Origin: the human T2T-CHM13v2.0 reference genome, Homo sapiens
DNA length: 64,000 bases
Assembly (NCBI RefSeq): GCF_009914755.1
Contig: NC_060930.1
Direction: 5' to 3' (one strand)
Each line of letters opens with the position of its first letter. Positions within the stretch are counted from its first letter, which is position 1. Position numbers and translations under genes: made by a program. Shown here one piece after another: positions 13,098 through 27,969 of this stretch. The notes below the pieces were generated by a model. That model did not search any database, was not told where the DNA came from, and was given only the letters and a program-made list of their open reading frames with translations.

Positions 13098-16000
13098 TAT
13101 TATATTTTAAGTTCCGGGGTACATGTATGAACGTGCAGGTTTGTTACATAGGTATACACGTGCCATGGTGGTTTGCTGCACCCATCAACCCGTCATCTGC
13201 ATTAGGTATTTCTCCTAATGTTATCCCACCACTACCTCCCAACCCCCTGAAAGGCCCTGGTGTGTGATGTTCCCCTCCCTGTGTCCATGTGTTCTCATTG
13301 TTCAACTCCCACTTATGAATGAGAACATGCGGTGTTTGGTTTTCTATTCTTGAGATAGTTTGCTGAGAATGATGGTTTCCAGCTTCATCCATGTCTCTGC
13401 AAAGGACATGAACTCATCCTTTCTTATGGCTGTTTAGTATTCCATGGTGTATATGTGCCACATTTTCACTATCCAGTCTATCAGTGATGAGCATTTGGGT
13501 TGGTTCCAAATCTTTTCAATTGTAAACAGTGACACAACAAATATAAGTGTGCATGTGTCTTTATAGTAGAATGATTTATAATCCTTTGGGTATAAACCCA
13601 GTAATGGGATTGCTGAGTCCAATGGTATTTCTAGTTCTAGATCCTAGAGGAAACGGCACACTGTCTTCTACAATAGTTAAACTAATTTACACTCCCATCA
13701 ACAATGTAAAAGCATTCCTATTTCTCCACATCCTCTCCAGCATCTGTTGATTCCTGACTTTTTAATGATCGCCATCCTAACTGGCATGAGATGGTATCTT
13801 ATTGTGGTTTTGATTAGCATTTCTCTAAGGACCAGTGATAACTGAGCTTTGTTTCATATGTTTCTTGACTGCATAAATGTCTTCTTTTGAGACATGTCTG
13901 TTCATTTCCTTTGCCCACTTTTTGATGGGGTTGTTTGTTTTTTCTTGTATATTTGTTTAAGTTCTTTGTAGATTCTGAATATTAACCCTTTTTCAGATGG
14001 ATAGATTGCAAAAATTTTCCCCCATTCTGTAGGTTGCCTGTTCACTCTGATGATAGTTTATTTTGCTGTGTGCAAGCTCTTTAGCTTAATTTGTTCCCAT
14101 TTGTCTATTTTGGTTTCTGCTGCCATTGCTTTTGGTGTTTTAGTCATGAAGTCTTTGCCCATTCCTATGCCCTGAATCGTATTGCCTAGGTTTTCTTCTA
14201 GGGTTTTTATGGTCCTAAGTCATACATTTAAGTCTTTATTCCATCTTGAGTTAATTTTTGTATAAGGTATAAGGAAGGGATCCAGTTTCAGCTTTCTGGA
14301 AATGGCTAGCCAGTTTTCCCAACACCATTTATTATATAGGGAATGCTTTCCTATTGTTTGTTTTTGTCAGGTTTGTCAAAAATCAGATGGTTGTAGATGT
14401 CTGGTGTTATTTTTGAGCCCTCTGTTTTGTTCCATTGGTCTATATATCTGTTTTGGTACCAGTATCATGCTGTTTTTGTTACTGTAGCCATGTAGTGTCG
14501 TTTGAAGTCAGGTAGCATGATGACTCCAGCTTTGTTCTTTTTGCTTAGGATTGTCTTGTCTATGTGAGTTTTTTTGGGTTCCATATAAAATTTAGAGTAG
14601 TTTTTTCCAATTCTTTAAGGAAAGTCAATGGTAGCTTGATGGGGATAGCATTAAATCTATACATCATTTTGGGCAGCATGGCCATTTTCAAGATATTGAT
14701 TCTTCCTATCCATGAGCATGGAATGTTTTTCCATTTGTTTGTGTCCTCTCTTATTTCCTTGAGCAGTGGTTTGTAGTTCTCCTTGAAAAGGTCCTTCATA
14801 TCCCTTGTAAGTTTTATTCCTAGGTATTTTATTCTCTTTGTAGCAATTGTGAATGGGAGTTCACTCACCATTTGGCTCTCTGTCATTTTTTGTATAGGAA
14901 TGCTTGTGATTTTTGCACATTGATTTTCTATCCTGAGACTTTGCTGAAGTTGCTTATCAGTTTAAGGAGATTTTGATCAGAGATTATGGGGTTTTCTAAA
15001 TATAGACTCATGTCATCTGCAAACAGAGACAATTTGACTTCCTCTCTTCCTGCTTAAATACAATTTATTTCTTTCTCTTGTCTGATTGTTCTGGTCAGAA
15101 GTTCCAATACTATCTTGAATAGGAGTGGTGAGAGAAGGTATCCTAGTCTTGTGTCGGTTTTCAGGGGGAATGCTTCCAGTTTTTGCCCATTCGGTATGAT
15201 ATTGGCTGTGGGCTTGTCATAAATAGCTCTTACTATTTTGAGTTATGTTCAATCAATACCTAGTTTTTTGAGAGTTTTTAGCATGAAGGGCTGTTGAATT
15301 TTATTGAAGGCCTTTTCTGCATCTATTGAGATAATCATGTCTGTGTTTTTTTTTTTTTTTCTGTCATTGGTTCTGTTTATGTGATGGATTAGGTTTATTG
15401 ATTTCCTTATGTTGAATCAGCCTTGCATTCCAGGGGTGAAGCCAGCTTGATTGTGGTGGATAACCTTTTTGATGTGCTGCTGGATTCAGTTTGCCAGTAT
15501 CTTATTGAGGATCTTCACATCAATGCTTATCAGGGATATTGGCCTGAAATTTTCATTTTTTGCTGTTTATCTGCCAGGTTTTGGTATCAGGATGGTGCTG
15601 GCCTCATAAAATGAGTTAGGGAGGAGTCCTTCTTTTTCTATTGTTTGGAATAGTTTCAGAAGGAATGGTACCAGCCCCTCTTTGTACCTCTGGTATAATT
15701 CGGCTGTGAATCCATCTAGTCCTGGAATTTTTTTGGTTGGCTGGCTGTTAATTGCAGCCGCAATTTCAGAACTTGTTATTAGTCTATTCAGGAATTCAAC
15801 TTCTTCCTAGTTTAGTCTTGGGATGGAGTATGTGTCCAGGAACTTATCCATTTTTTTCTAGAATTTGTAATTTATTTACATAGAGGTGTTTATAGTATTC
15901 TCTGATGGTAGTTCGTATTTCTGTGGGATTGATGGTGATATCCCCTTTAACATTTTTTATTGCGTCTAATTCTTCTCTCTTTTCTTCTTTATTAGTCTGG

Positions 16001-16533
16001 CTAGCAGTGTATCTATTTTGCTGATCTTTTCAAAATACCAACTCTTGGATTCATTGACTTTTTTGAAGAGATTTTCATGTTTCTATCTCTTTCAGTTCTG
16101 CTCTGATCTTAGTTATTTCTTGCCTTCTGCTAGCTTTTGAATTTGTTTGCTCTTGCTTCTCTAGTTCTTTTAATTGTGATGCTAGGGTGTTCATTTTAGA
16201 TCTTAACTGCTTTCTCTTGTTGGCATTTAGTGCTTTAAATTTCCCTCTATACACTGCTTTAAATGTGTCCCAGGTATTCTGGTATGTTGTGTCTTTGTTC
16301 TCATTGGTTTCAAAGCATATCTTTATTTCTCCCTTCATTTCATCATTTATCTAGTAGTCATTCAGGAGCAGGTTGTTCAGTTTCCATGTAGTTGTGTGGT
16401 TTTGAGTGAGTTTCTTAATCATGAGTTCTAATAATTTGATTGCACTGTGGTCTGAGAGACTATTCGTTATGATTTCCGTTCTTTTGCCTTTGCTGAGGAG
16501 TGTTTTACTTCCAATTATGTGGTCAATTTTAAA

Positions 16534-17130
16534 CTAAGTGCTATGTGGTGCTAAGAAGAATGTACATTCTGTTGATTTTGGCTGGAGAGATCTGAAGATG
16601 TCCATTAGGTTCGCTTGATCCAGAGCTGAGTTCAAGTCCTGGATATCTTTGTTAATTTTCTGTCTCATTGATCTGTCTAATATTGACACTGGGGTGTTAA
16701 AGTCTCCCAATATTATTGTGTGGGAGTCTAAGTCTTTCTGTATGTCACTAAGAACTTGCTTTATGAATCTAGGTGCTCCTGTATTGGGTGCATATATATT
16801 TAGGATAGTTATCTCCTCTTGTTGCACTGATTCTTTCACAATTATGTAATGCCCTTCTTTGTCTCTTTTGATCTTTGTTGGTTTAAAGTTTGTTTTATCA
16901 CAGATTAGGATTGAAACCCATTTTTTTTTTCCATTTGCTTGGTAAATATTCCTCCATCCCTTTATTTTGAGCCTATGTGTGTCTTTGCACATGAGATGGG
17001 TCTCCTGAATACAGAACACCAATGGGTCTTGACTGTTTATCCAATTTGCCAGTCTGTGTCTTTTAATTGGGGCATTTAGCCCATTTACATTTATGGTTAA
17101 TATTGTTACATGTGAATTTGATCCTACCAT
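16534..17130 (-). pseudogene. L1 ORF2 endonuclease-domain remnant (198 aa, premature stop)
   Basis: MVGSNSHVTILTINVNGLNAPIKRHRL...CIQETHL...NIYAPN...GDFNTP match L1 APE-like endonuclease motifs. Confidence 0.9.
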
Positions 17131-17324
17131 TTGGTGCTAGCCGATTATTTTTCAAGTGAGTTGACGCAGTTTCTTCATATCGCTGATGTTCTTTACAATT
17201 TGGTATTTTTTTGCAGGGGCTGGTATTGGTTGTTCTTTTCCAGGTTTAGTGCCTCCTTCTGGAGCTCTTGTACGGCAGGCTTGGTGGTAACAAAATCTCA
17301 GCATTTGCTTGTCTGTAAGGGATT

Positions 17325-17728
17325 TTATTCTTCTTCACTTTTGAAGCTTAGTTTGGCTGGATATGAAATTATGGGTTGAAAATTCTTTTCTTTAAAAATG
17401 TTGAATATTGGCACCCACTCTTTTCTTGCTTGTAGGGTTTCTGCAGAGAGAGCCACTGTTAGTCTGATGGGCTTCTCTTTGTGGGTAACCTGACCACTCT
17501 CTCTGGCTGCCCTTAACATTTTTCCTTTATTTTAACCTTTGTGGATATGACGATTATGTGTCTTGGGGTTGCTCTTCTCAAGGAGTAACTTTGTGGTGTT
17601 CTCTGTATTTCCTGAATTTGAATGTTGGCCTGCCTTGCTAGGTTGGGGAAGTTCTCCTGGATAATATCCTGAAGAGTGTTTTCCAACTTGCTTCCATTCT
17701 CCCAGTCAGTTTCAGGTACACCAATCAA
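17325..17728 (-). pseudogene. L1 ORF1 C-terminal remnants (frameshifted)
   Basis: IGVPE...LENTLQDIIQENFPNLARQANIQIQEIQRTP and KPIRLT..LSAETLQAR..W in different frames. Confidence 0.88.
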
Positions 17729-18903
17729 ATGTAGATTTGGTCTTTTTACATAGTCCTATATTTCTTGGAGGCTTTGTTAGTTTCTTTTCACTCTTTTTTT
17801 CTCTAATCTTGTCTTGTCACTTTATTTCATTGAGTTGAATTTCAATCTCTGATATCCTTTCTTCCGCTTGATTGATTCGGCTGTTGATATTTGTATATGC
17901 TTCACAAAGCTCTCATGCTGTGTTTTTCAGCTCCATCAGGTCATTTATGTTCTTCTCTAAACTGGTTACTCTAGTTAGACATTTGTCTAACCTTTTTTCA
18001 AGGTTCTTAGCTTCTTTGCATTGGGTTAGAACATGCTCCTTTAGCTCGGAGGAGTTTGTTATTACTCACCTTTTGAAGCCTACTTCTGTCAGTTCATCAA
18101 ACTCATTCTCCATCCATTTTTGTTCCCTTGCTGGGGAGGAATTATGATCCTTTGGAGAAGAGGCATTCTAGTTTTTGGAATTTTCAGCCTTTTGCGCTGG
18201 TTTCTCCCCATCTTCGTGGATTTATCTACCTTTGGTCTTTGAAGTTGGTGACCTTCGGATGGGGTATCTGGGTGGAAGTCCTTTTGTTAATGTTTATACT
18301 TGTTTTTCTGTTTGTCAGTTTCCTTTTAACAGTCAGGCCCCTCTGCTGCAGGTCTGCTGGATTTTGCTGAAGTCCACTCCAGACCCTGTTTGCCTGGGTA
18401 TCATCAGTGGAGGCTGCAGAACAGCAATGATTCCTTCCTGTTCCTTCTTCTGGAAGCTTCATCCCAGAGGGGCACCGGCCAGATGCCAGCCAGGGCTCTC
18501 CTGTGTGAGGAGTCTGTTGGCCCCTACCGGGAGGTATCTCCCAGTCAGGATAAACAAGGGTCAGAGACCCACTTGAGAAGGCAGTCTGTTTCTTATCAGA
18601 GTTCAAATGCTGTTCTGGGAGTTTTGCTGCTCCCTTCAGAGCTGCCAGGCAGGGATGTTTGAGTCTTCTTGATGCTGTGCCTACAACCGCCCCTTCCCCC
18701 ACGTGCTGTCCCAGGGAGTTGGAGGTTTTATCTATAAGTCTCTCACGGGGCTGCTGCCTTTTCTTCAGAGATGCCCTGCCCAGAGAGGAGAGGCAGTCTG
18801 GCCTCAGTGGCTTTGCTGAGTTGCTTTGGGCTTTGCCCAGTTTGAACTTCTTGCTGGCTTTGTTCACTCTGTGAGGGTAAAACCGCCTACTCAAGCCTCA
18901 GCA

Positions 18904-19176
18904 ATGGTGGACGCCCCTCCCCACAATAAGCTTGTGTGTCTCAGGTCGAGCTCAGACTGCTGTGCTAGCAGGGAGAATTTCAAGCCAGTGGATCTCAGCT
19001 TGCTGGCCCCGTGGTGGAGGGATCCGCTGAGTCAGACCACTTGGCTCCCTGGCTTCAGTCCCCTTTCCAGGGGAGTGAATGGTTGTGTCTCGCTGGTGCT
19101 CCACGCACCAGTGGGGTATGAAAAAAAAAAAAAAACTCCTGAGGCTAACTCAGTGTCTGCCCAAGTGGTCGCCTAG
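18904..19176 (+). CDS. Putative L1 ORF0-like antisense ORF (90 aa)
   Basis: ATG in a gcaATGg context inside the L1 5'UTR; MVDAPP...SDCCAS resembles the ORF0 N-terminus MAGAPP...SDCCAS. Expression unknown. Confidence 0.45.
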   Translation: MVDAPPHNKLVCLRSSSDCCASRENFKPVDLSLLAPWWRDPLSQTTWLPGFSPLSRGVNGCVSLVLHAPVGYEKKKKTPEANSVSAQVVA

Positions 19177-19544
19177 TTTTGTGCTGGAAACCCAGGGTCT
19201 TGCTGGTGTAGGCACCAGAGTGAATCTTTTCGTCCGCAAGTTGCCAAGATTGTGGGAAAAGCGCAGTATCTGGGCCTGCGTGCACTGTACAGTCCCTAAT
19301 GGATTCCCTAGGCCAGGAGAGGGAGTTCCCCCACTCCTTGCGCTTCCTGGGTGAGGCGATGCCCCACCCTGCTTTGGCTGCCCTCCTTGGGCTGCACCCA
19401 CTGTCTAACCAGTTCCAATGAGATGAACTGGGTAACTCATTTGGAAATGTAGAAACCACCCGCTTTCTGCATTGATCTCACTGAGAGCTGCAGACCGGAG
19501 CTGTTCCTATTTAGCCATCCTGCCTGCAAAAAGACATGCTTTTT

Positions 19545-21553
<2,009 letters not shown>

Positions 21554-23305
21554 TGCTTTCTACCTTTAAGTCTTTCAATAATCCTAAAACACTTTCCATC
21601 AATCACTTTTCATAAGATAATAACAAAAAGAATTATAAGCATAAAGGTTTACACATCTACATTAATTTTCCCCTCAAATCCTACATGCTCCAATAAGTTT
21701 AGGAAATAAAATCTTAGTGCTCTGTTCAATGATTTAAAAATTCAACTTTAGTGTGTCTCTGTTTTGGGGTTGCTTCATCTTCCTGCTAAACTTAATGAGA
21801 CTTGGTGCTTACAGTAGCTTTATTGTAATCACATGGCTGATACAGCATGAATAAATTATATGATTGTAAACATAAGTTGAAATAGTTTTTTAAAATATGC
21901 AGATATATTTGATTATCATTACTTCTAGCTCTACTCATGTTGATATAAATTTTAACCTATAGAATTCCTTTCATATTCAGTCCCAAATTCTAAGCATCTC
22001 TTCTTAACATGCTGAAAAATATTGCTGAAGATTTCATTTAGAAAAAGTAATAAAGCATATGATTAAAGGTAGCATTTTCTCTCCCTGAAAAATTCGCAGG
22101 GGAAGCAAGGCAACCTGTAAAGTTGAGCATGGACATCAAGGAGTAACTTCGTTTTTCTAAAATAATATAAACATAAATTATATTTATGTAGTAAACTTTT
22201 ATGTTAGATTTCATGATGAAATGTTTATAAATGAAGGAAATATGCCATTAAGCCATTAAATTTTATTATGTGAGAAAAATCCTGTTAAAAATACCATTAA
22301 AAAGTCATGTTTTGCTTCCTTTATTTTACTAAAAGAATAAATAAAATATTATTTACATCATTTCTGTATTTAACATTAAATTATTTGAAAAAACATAATA
22401 TAGCTTAAATCACCCAATTATGTATGGGCATATTCCAGTATTTCTTTTATAACATCCATTGGCGAATATTTATTTTACTGAAACAGGTCATGTAGGAATA
22501 TAGTACACTGTACTCTATTCAATTGAATAGAAATCAATAAAATATTGAATAAAATATTGAATCTATTATTTTACATTTCTATTGAAACAGGCAATGTAGG
22601 AATATACTACACCATATAGTACATTAGATTCCTATACTATAAATACACTATATTCCCTTTTATCTATTTTTTTAATTAAATAATACATTAGATTCAAACT
22701 TTCTAATTTTAGAGACACTTTTTATGTTTCCAAAATCTTAAGGAGAAATTTTTCTAAAAGTCTCTATTTGAGTCCATACTAACCTTCCTGCCACATAAAA
22801 TTTTAAAAAGAAATTCTTTGTTTCTTGGTTGGACTCATGACACACATTTTCATTATTCATGGATTACTTGCCTTTTATCTTGTTAGGGAATACATTTTTG
22901 AGTGTGGTCTTCAAACCAAGATATTGTACTTGCGAAGAAGGTTTTATAGGTATGCTTGCTCTGACTGAGTCTTACAAGAATAATTTTCCAGATTCTTGAC
23001 TTCACATGTACCCTTTTTTAAAACAGATCTGCCTGAGAACATATCTGTGATGGAGAAATATCTCTTCTCACCTTTTACAACCACTCCTTTCTATTTGATA
23101 GAAAAGAAAGGTTTAACCCCGACTTAACCCTACATTTAGTATGTGGAATTACCTCTTGGGGCTAAAACTTCCAGATAAGCCAATTAAAACATAATTTAAA
23201 ATATTGTACAGCATCCAGGTGTTGATTCCATGAAATATAGATCTTTGTAGTCAAATGGTTTACAAAATTTTGTTTTTAAAAGAAGTGATTGAAAGCCCCA
23301 TTCTA

Positions 23306-23601
23306 GGCCAGGGACGGTGGCTCCCGCCTGTAATCCCAGCACTTTGGTAGGCCGAGGCAGGCAGATGACCCGAGGTCAGTCAGGAGTTTGAGACCACCCT
23401 GGCCAATGTGGCGAAACCCCGCCTCACCTAAAAATACAAAAATTAGCCGGGCATGGAGGTGAGCATCTGTAATCCCAGCTACTAGAGAGGCTGAGGCACG
23501 AGAACCGCTGGAACCTGGAAGGCGGAGAATACAGTCAGCCGAGATTGCACCAAGTCTGGGCAATAAGAGCAAGTCTTTGTCTCAAAAAAAAAAAAAAAAA
23601 A
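23306..23601 (+). mobile_element. AluS (Sq/Sx-like)
   Basis: ggccagggacggtggctc... to an A tail; small deletion near the 3' end. Confidence 0.9.
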
Positions 23602-23654
23602 TTCAGGCATTCATTCAGTAATATAATTACCTTACTAAATGACTGAGGTGTTTC

Positions 23655-23962
<308 letters not shown>

Positions 23963-25914
23963 GGTTTATATGGTCTTGATCATATTTAACAATTACTTCC
24001 TTTTATTATTTTACTTAATTTTTAGTAAATGACTAGTAAATATTATCTGAATAATTTTTCATATTTATTGACATTATCACGTCTTTATCTTCCTTTTTTT
24101 TGAAATAATGAATTAGGACAATAACTTCTCTCATGATGAATGCTCCTGAATTAGAGGTCTGTGTCTTACTTGGTCTTTGGAAATAATTCTTCTGATATAC
24201 TGCCAAATGACAAACTCCATTTGTTGTACTTTATAGTTTTTGACCTACATCAATCATCAGTTTGTTTTCAGACTATCTTTATCATTTTTAGTATTAATAG
24301 TATGCTAGTAAGATAGAATTTATGACAGACCTTTTTTCATTTTGTCTGATCTAAAATATTTTAAATAGCACTCGGAATTATGAACTTGACAAGAAATTTA
24401 AGTGCAAAGCCACTCAAAAGTTCTCAGAAGAGACTTATTTTTGCGGATCGTTGAACAAATAGTTATTTTTAATTTTTAATTGCTGTTTTCTGTAATTCAT
24501 TGGGATTTTCTTGAGGCACAGAAAGTGTTCTCTTTTGTTTACTTAGTGCCAATAGATCACGGAAGTTAATACCTTCCAAGAAGTTTGGCTGTCACTCCAA
24601 GATTGGAATGCAAGACGTGGGTCAAGCTTATGTGTGCTATTTGTCAATTGACATTTCCTAAGCCATTGAGAAGACGTTGCCTGAATCTGAGGGAGTTCAC
24701 ATAAATATCCATGCTGCCTAAAAAAAAAAAAAAAAAAAAAACCTCAGTAAAGACATCTTGGAAAATTCCAGAAAAATAATGAAGAAGAATGTAATTAAAC
24801 TTGCCAAATACTGTTAGTTATTTGTAATTACATATATATATATATATATAGAACAAATAAAGTACATTTTATTTAAAATATATTCTGAATTTTTAAAATC
24901 TATTTGAATGGTGTAAGGCTAGATCAGTTTAAAGAACTACCATGAAAGTATTCCACTAAACAAATCATCCATACTAAAATAAAGCTTCTCTACAACCAAA
25001 ATGAGTTAAGAATTTTCTTACATAGTTTTATGAAATTTGATCTTGGTTGAAATATAATACCATAGATTAAAATAGATACAGGTACTATTCATAATTGTAT
25101 TAAATTATTTGTTTAATCATGGTAATAAATGATCTGAAAAATGGTATTCTGTAAATCATAGTCCTAAGCACATATATGTCATTTTGTATTTGATAAATTT
25201 AATTAATTGTAATTTATTTTACTTAAATATTCTCTCATTACAATTTTTAAAATCCAAAAACATAATGGAAAGCGCTGTGTTAACTGCTTGTCATTTGTAA
25301 ACTAAAACGCTGTGTGGCACTTTCAGTGCATTCCAGTGTCAGAGAAGTCAGGTAAGTAAGTTAATTATTTTTGCCTGTTCACGTGTTTCAAATATTATGT
25401 TAAATATTCCACCAATACTTTGATTTACCTGGCTTACTACCGAGGCAGGTCACAGTATGAGGAATTCAATTCCTTCATGAAGTTGCTCAAAAAACTTTAC
25501 TCAGCTCAGATATGATGAAATATACTTCTTTCATATGTATATACTGAAATAACTTTCGGAACGCATAATATGATGTATGTGAGGCAACAAGCTTTATTTT
25601 CTGGACCACTTTTTTACTTACTTCAACCAGCAAAGGCAGCATGTACTTTGATTAATCTGAAATACACAAATATTGGAACAAACAAGCTTCTTAAACCATT
25701 ATAGGAACAGCAACGAAGCATGCCCCTAGCTCAGTGGTTTTGTTCTTCCTTCCAAATGAAGTGTTCTTCTAGATAAATGAGGACTCTTTCCCATACTTCA
25801 TTCAGATTTTGGTTAAATATTACTTTCAGAGAGGAAACATCCCTCTGCAACTAACCTCATGTGCCTATTTTATTTTAAAATTTAAACAAAAATTAAATTA
25901 AAATTTAAAAATTT

Positions 25915-26020
25915 TGTCTTCTATCTCACTTTTGATATCAAATGTAACTAGTAGCTTTCATATTAGATAGAGCATATAAAATATTTCCACTATTACAGAG
26001 AATTCTACTGAATAATTCTG
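25915..26020. mobile_element. MER3-like hAT fragment within a decayed L2 region
   Basis: 'tattagatagagcatataaaatatttccactattacagagaattctactgaa' resembles the MER3 terminus. Confidence 0.5.
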
Positions 26021-26369
26021 CCCTATTCTCTTAACCTACTTCATTTATATGGAAAATTCTTATCACTATCTGATATTACATTATATATCTTTTTATTTCT
26101 AATCATTTGTTTTCATTATAATGGGAAACCTTACTTTAGTTACCAGGCTTCCTACTATCTAAAACAGCGCTTAGTGCAGAGATATTGCCCGGTAAATATT
26201 TGTAGAATAAAAGGCCAGAAATTACTCATTTTCCTTGTATTTTCTAGCATCTCTTTGCTACCATTACCTGGTAAAACAGGCATGAACTATGCCCTTTGCC
26301 ATTTTAGTCTAGAACATACAGAAGAGGACATTTTCCTGGCTTTTTAATATTTATTTATTTCTATTTCAT

Positions 26370-26650
26370 TTATTTATTTTATTTTTAATTTTTGTGGCTA
26401 CATAGTAGGTTTATATATTTATGGGGTACATGGGATGTTTTAATACAGGCATATAATATGAAATAAGCAAATCATGGAGAATGTGGTATCGATCCCCTCA
26501 AGCATTTATCCTTTGAGTTCCAAACACTCCAATTATACTCTTTATTTTTAAATGTGCAACTAAGCTATTAGTGACTATAGTCACGCTGCTGTCTTATCAC
26601 ATAGTAAGTCTTACTCATTCTTTCTCTTTTTTGGGGGGGCGTACCCATTT
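26370..26650 (-). mobile_element. L1MA2-like 3' end fragment
   Basis: 'ggagaatgtggtatcgatcccctcaagcatttatcctttg' next to an antisense A-rich tail. Confidence 0.8.
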
Positions 26651-26857
26651 ATTTTTGCTTGGTCTTTTAAGTCTAGAGCACAACAGTAGTGAAAAGAAAA
26701 ATGTATAAAAAATACAAGAAACCAATGTAAATTTCAAAACAAATAAAATAACCTACCTTGTAGATTTAAGTTTTTGAACTTCCTGCTCTTTCTACAGATC
26801 ATGGCTAAATTATACGTCCATGATGAATTTTTGAACTCCTATCAAAAGTGTAATTAA

Positions 26858-27157
<300 letters not shown>

Positions 27158-27969
27158 TTAATAGAAATCATAGGAAGGAGGGCATCCCTTAAGCTAACTT
27201 GGTGTTATAATATTCTTAAAGAAAAACAAAGCAATGCAAATGAATAAAACAAGACAACAACTAAGTAAATTTAGAAAATAAAGTTAGTTTTCAGGCATCA
27301 GCGTTTAAAAAAATATATGGTGTGCCTGAAAAGAATAATGAAAAACTGAGGCAAAATAGGATCTGCTTTACTCAAGAACTCCTTGCTATTTTTCTGAAGT
27401 CTAAAGGTGATTTGATTTAAAAAGGGAGGAAATAAAGAGCTCACACAAATTGCTATATATCTGTTGAGTAGTAATATTTCATAAATGCATTTCTTTATAA
27501 AATTCCGTTAAAGAAAATGCAAAATATTATCTTCCAAGATCAAACTTAATCTAACAATAGAAAATTACATATTAATTCCTTTAAATTAGTATACCCCAAG
27601 AAAGATAAAAGAACTTTTAGATTATAGTAAAATCACTGCTAATGACAGAAAAATAACTTCGTTTGAAAACTCACACTGAAGTCTTAGCACATCAGTTTGG
27701 TCTGACAAAAACAGTGCAGATTTTCAAACTAGACAAACCTAGATTTAGTAGCTTGATAAATATCTATAAGCAAGTAAGTGATTTAAGCAATTTAATCTCT
27801 CTGAGCATAAATTTAGAAAGAAATTAATTAAGCCAATATTTATTAAAATTTTTTATTGGATGGCCTTATGCTCATTTACAGAATTTACTTGTGAGAACGC
27901 ACATAGACTTTGCTTTGATCAGGTTTATAGTCTTATTCAATAATTAATGTGATAAATATAATTAGAAGT

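Larger units (their letters stand above)
13098..19531 (-). mobile_element. Full-length (~6.4 kb) L1PA7-like LINE-1, ORFs disrupted
   Basis: 3' end 'ggtatacacgtgccatggtggtttgctgcacccatcaacc'; ORF2 and ORF1 remnants in the correct order; 5'UTR ends ggagctgttcctatttagccatc. TSD aggcatgcttttt (13085-13097) / agacatgcttttt (19532-19544). Confidence 0.92.

Noticed and set aside
18226-18894. 222-aa ORF, the longest in the window
   Set aside because: It lies in the GC-rich L1PA7 5'UTR, where long chance ORFs are common; no recognised domain.
21554-21580. TSD for the large L1MA
   Set aside because: Only a weak 'ctttaa' match to the left flank near 8587; not supportable.
24700-24745. A tract at 24720-24741 as the tail of a processed pseudogene
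   Set aside because: No upstream polyA signal at the right distance, no TSD and no recognisable parent gene.
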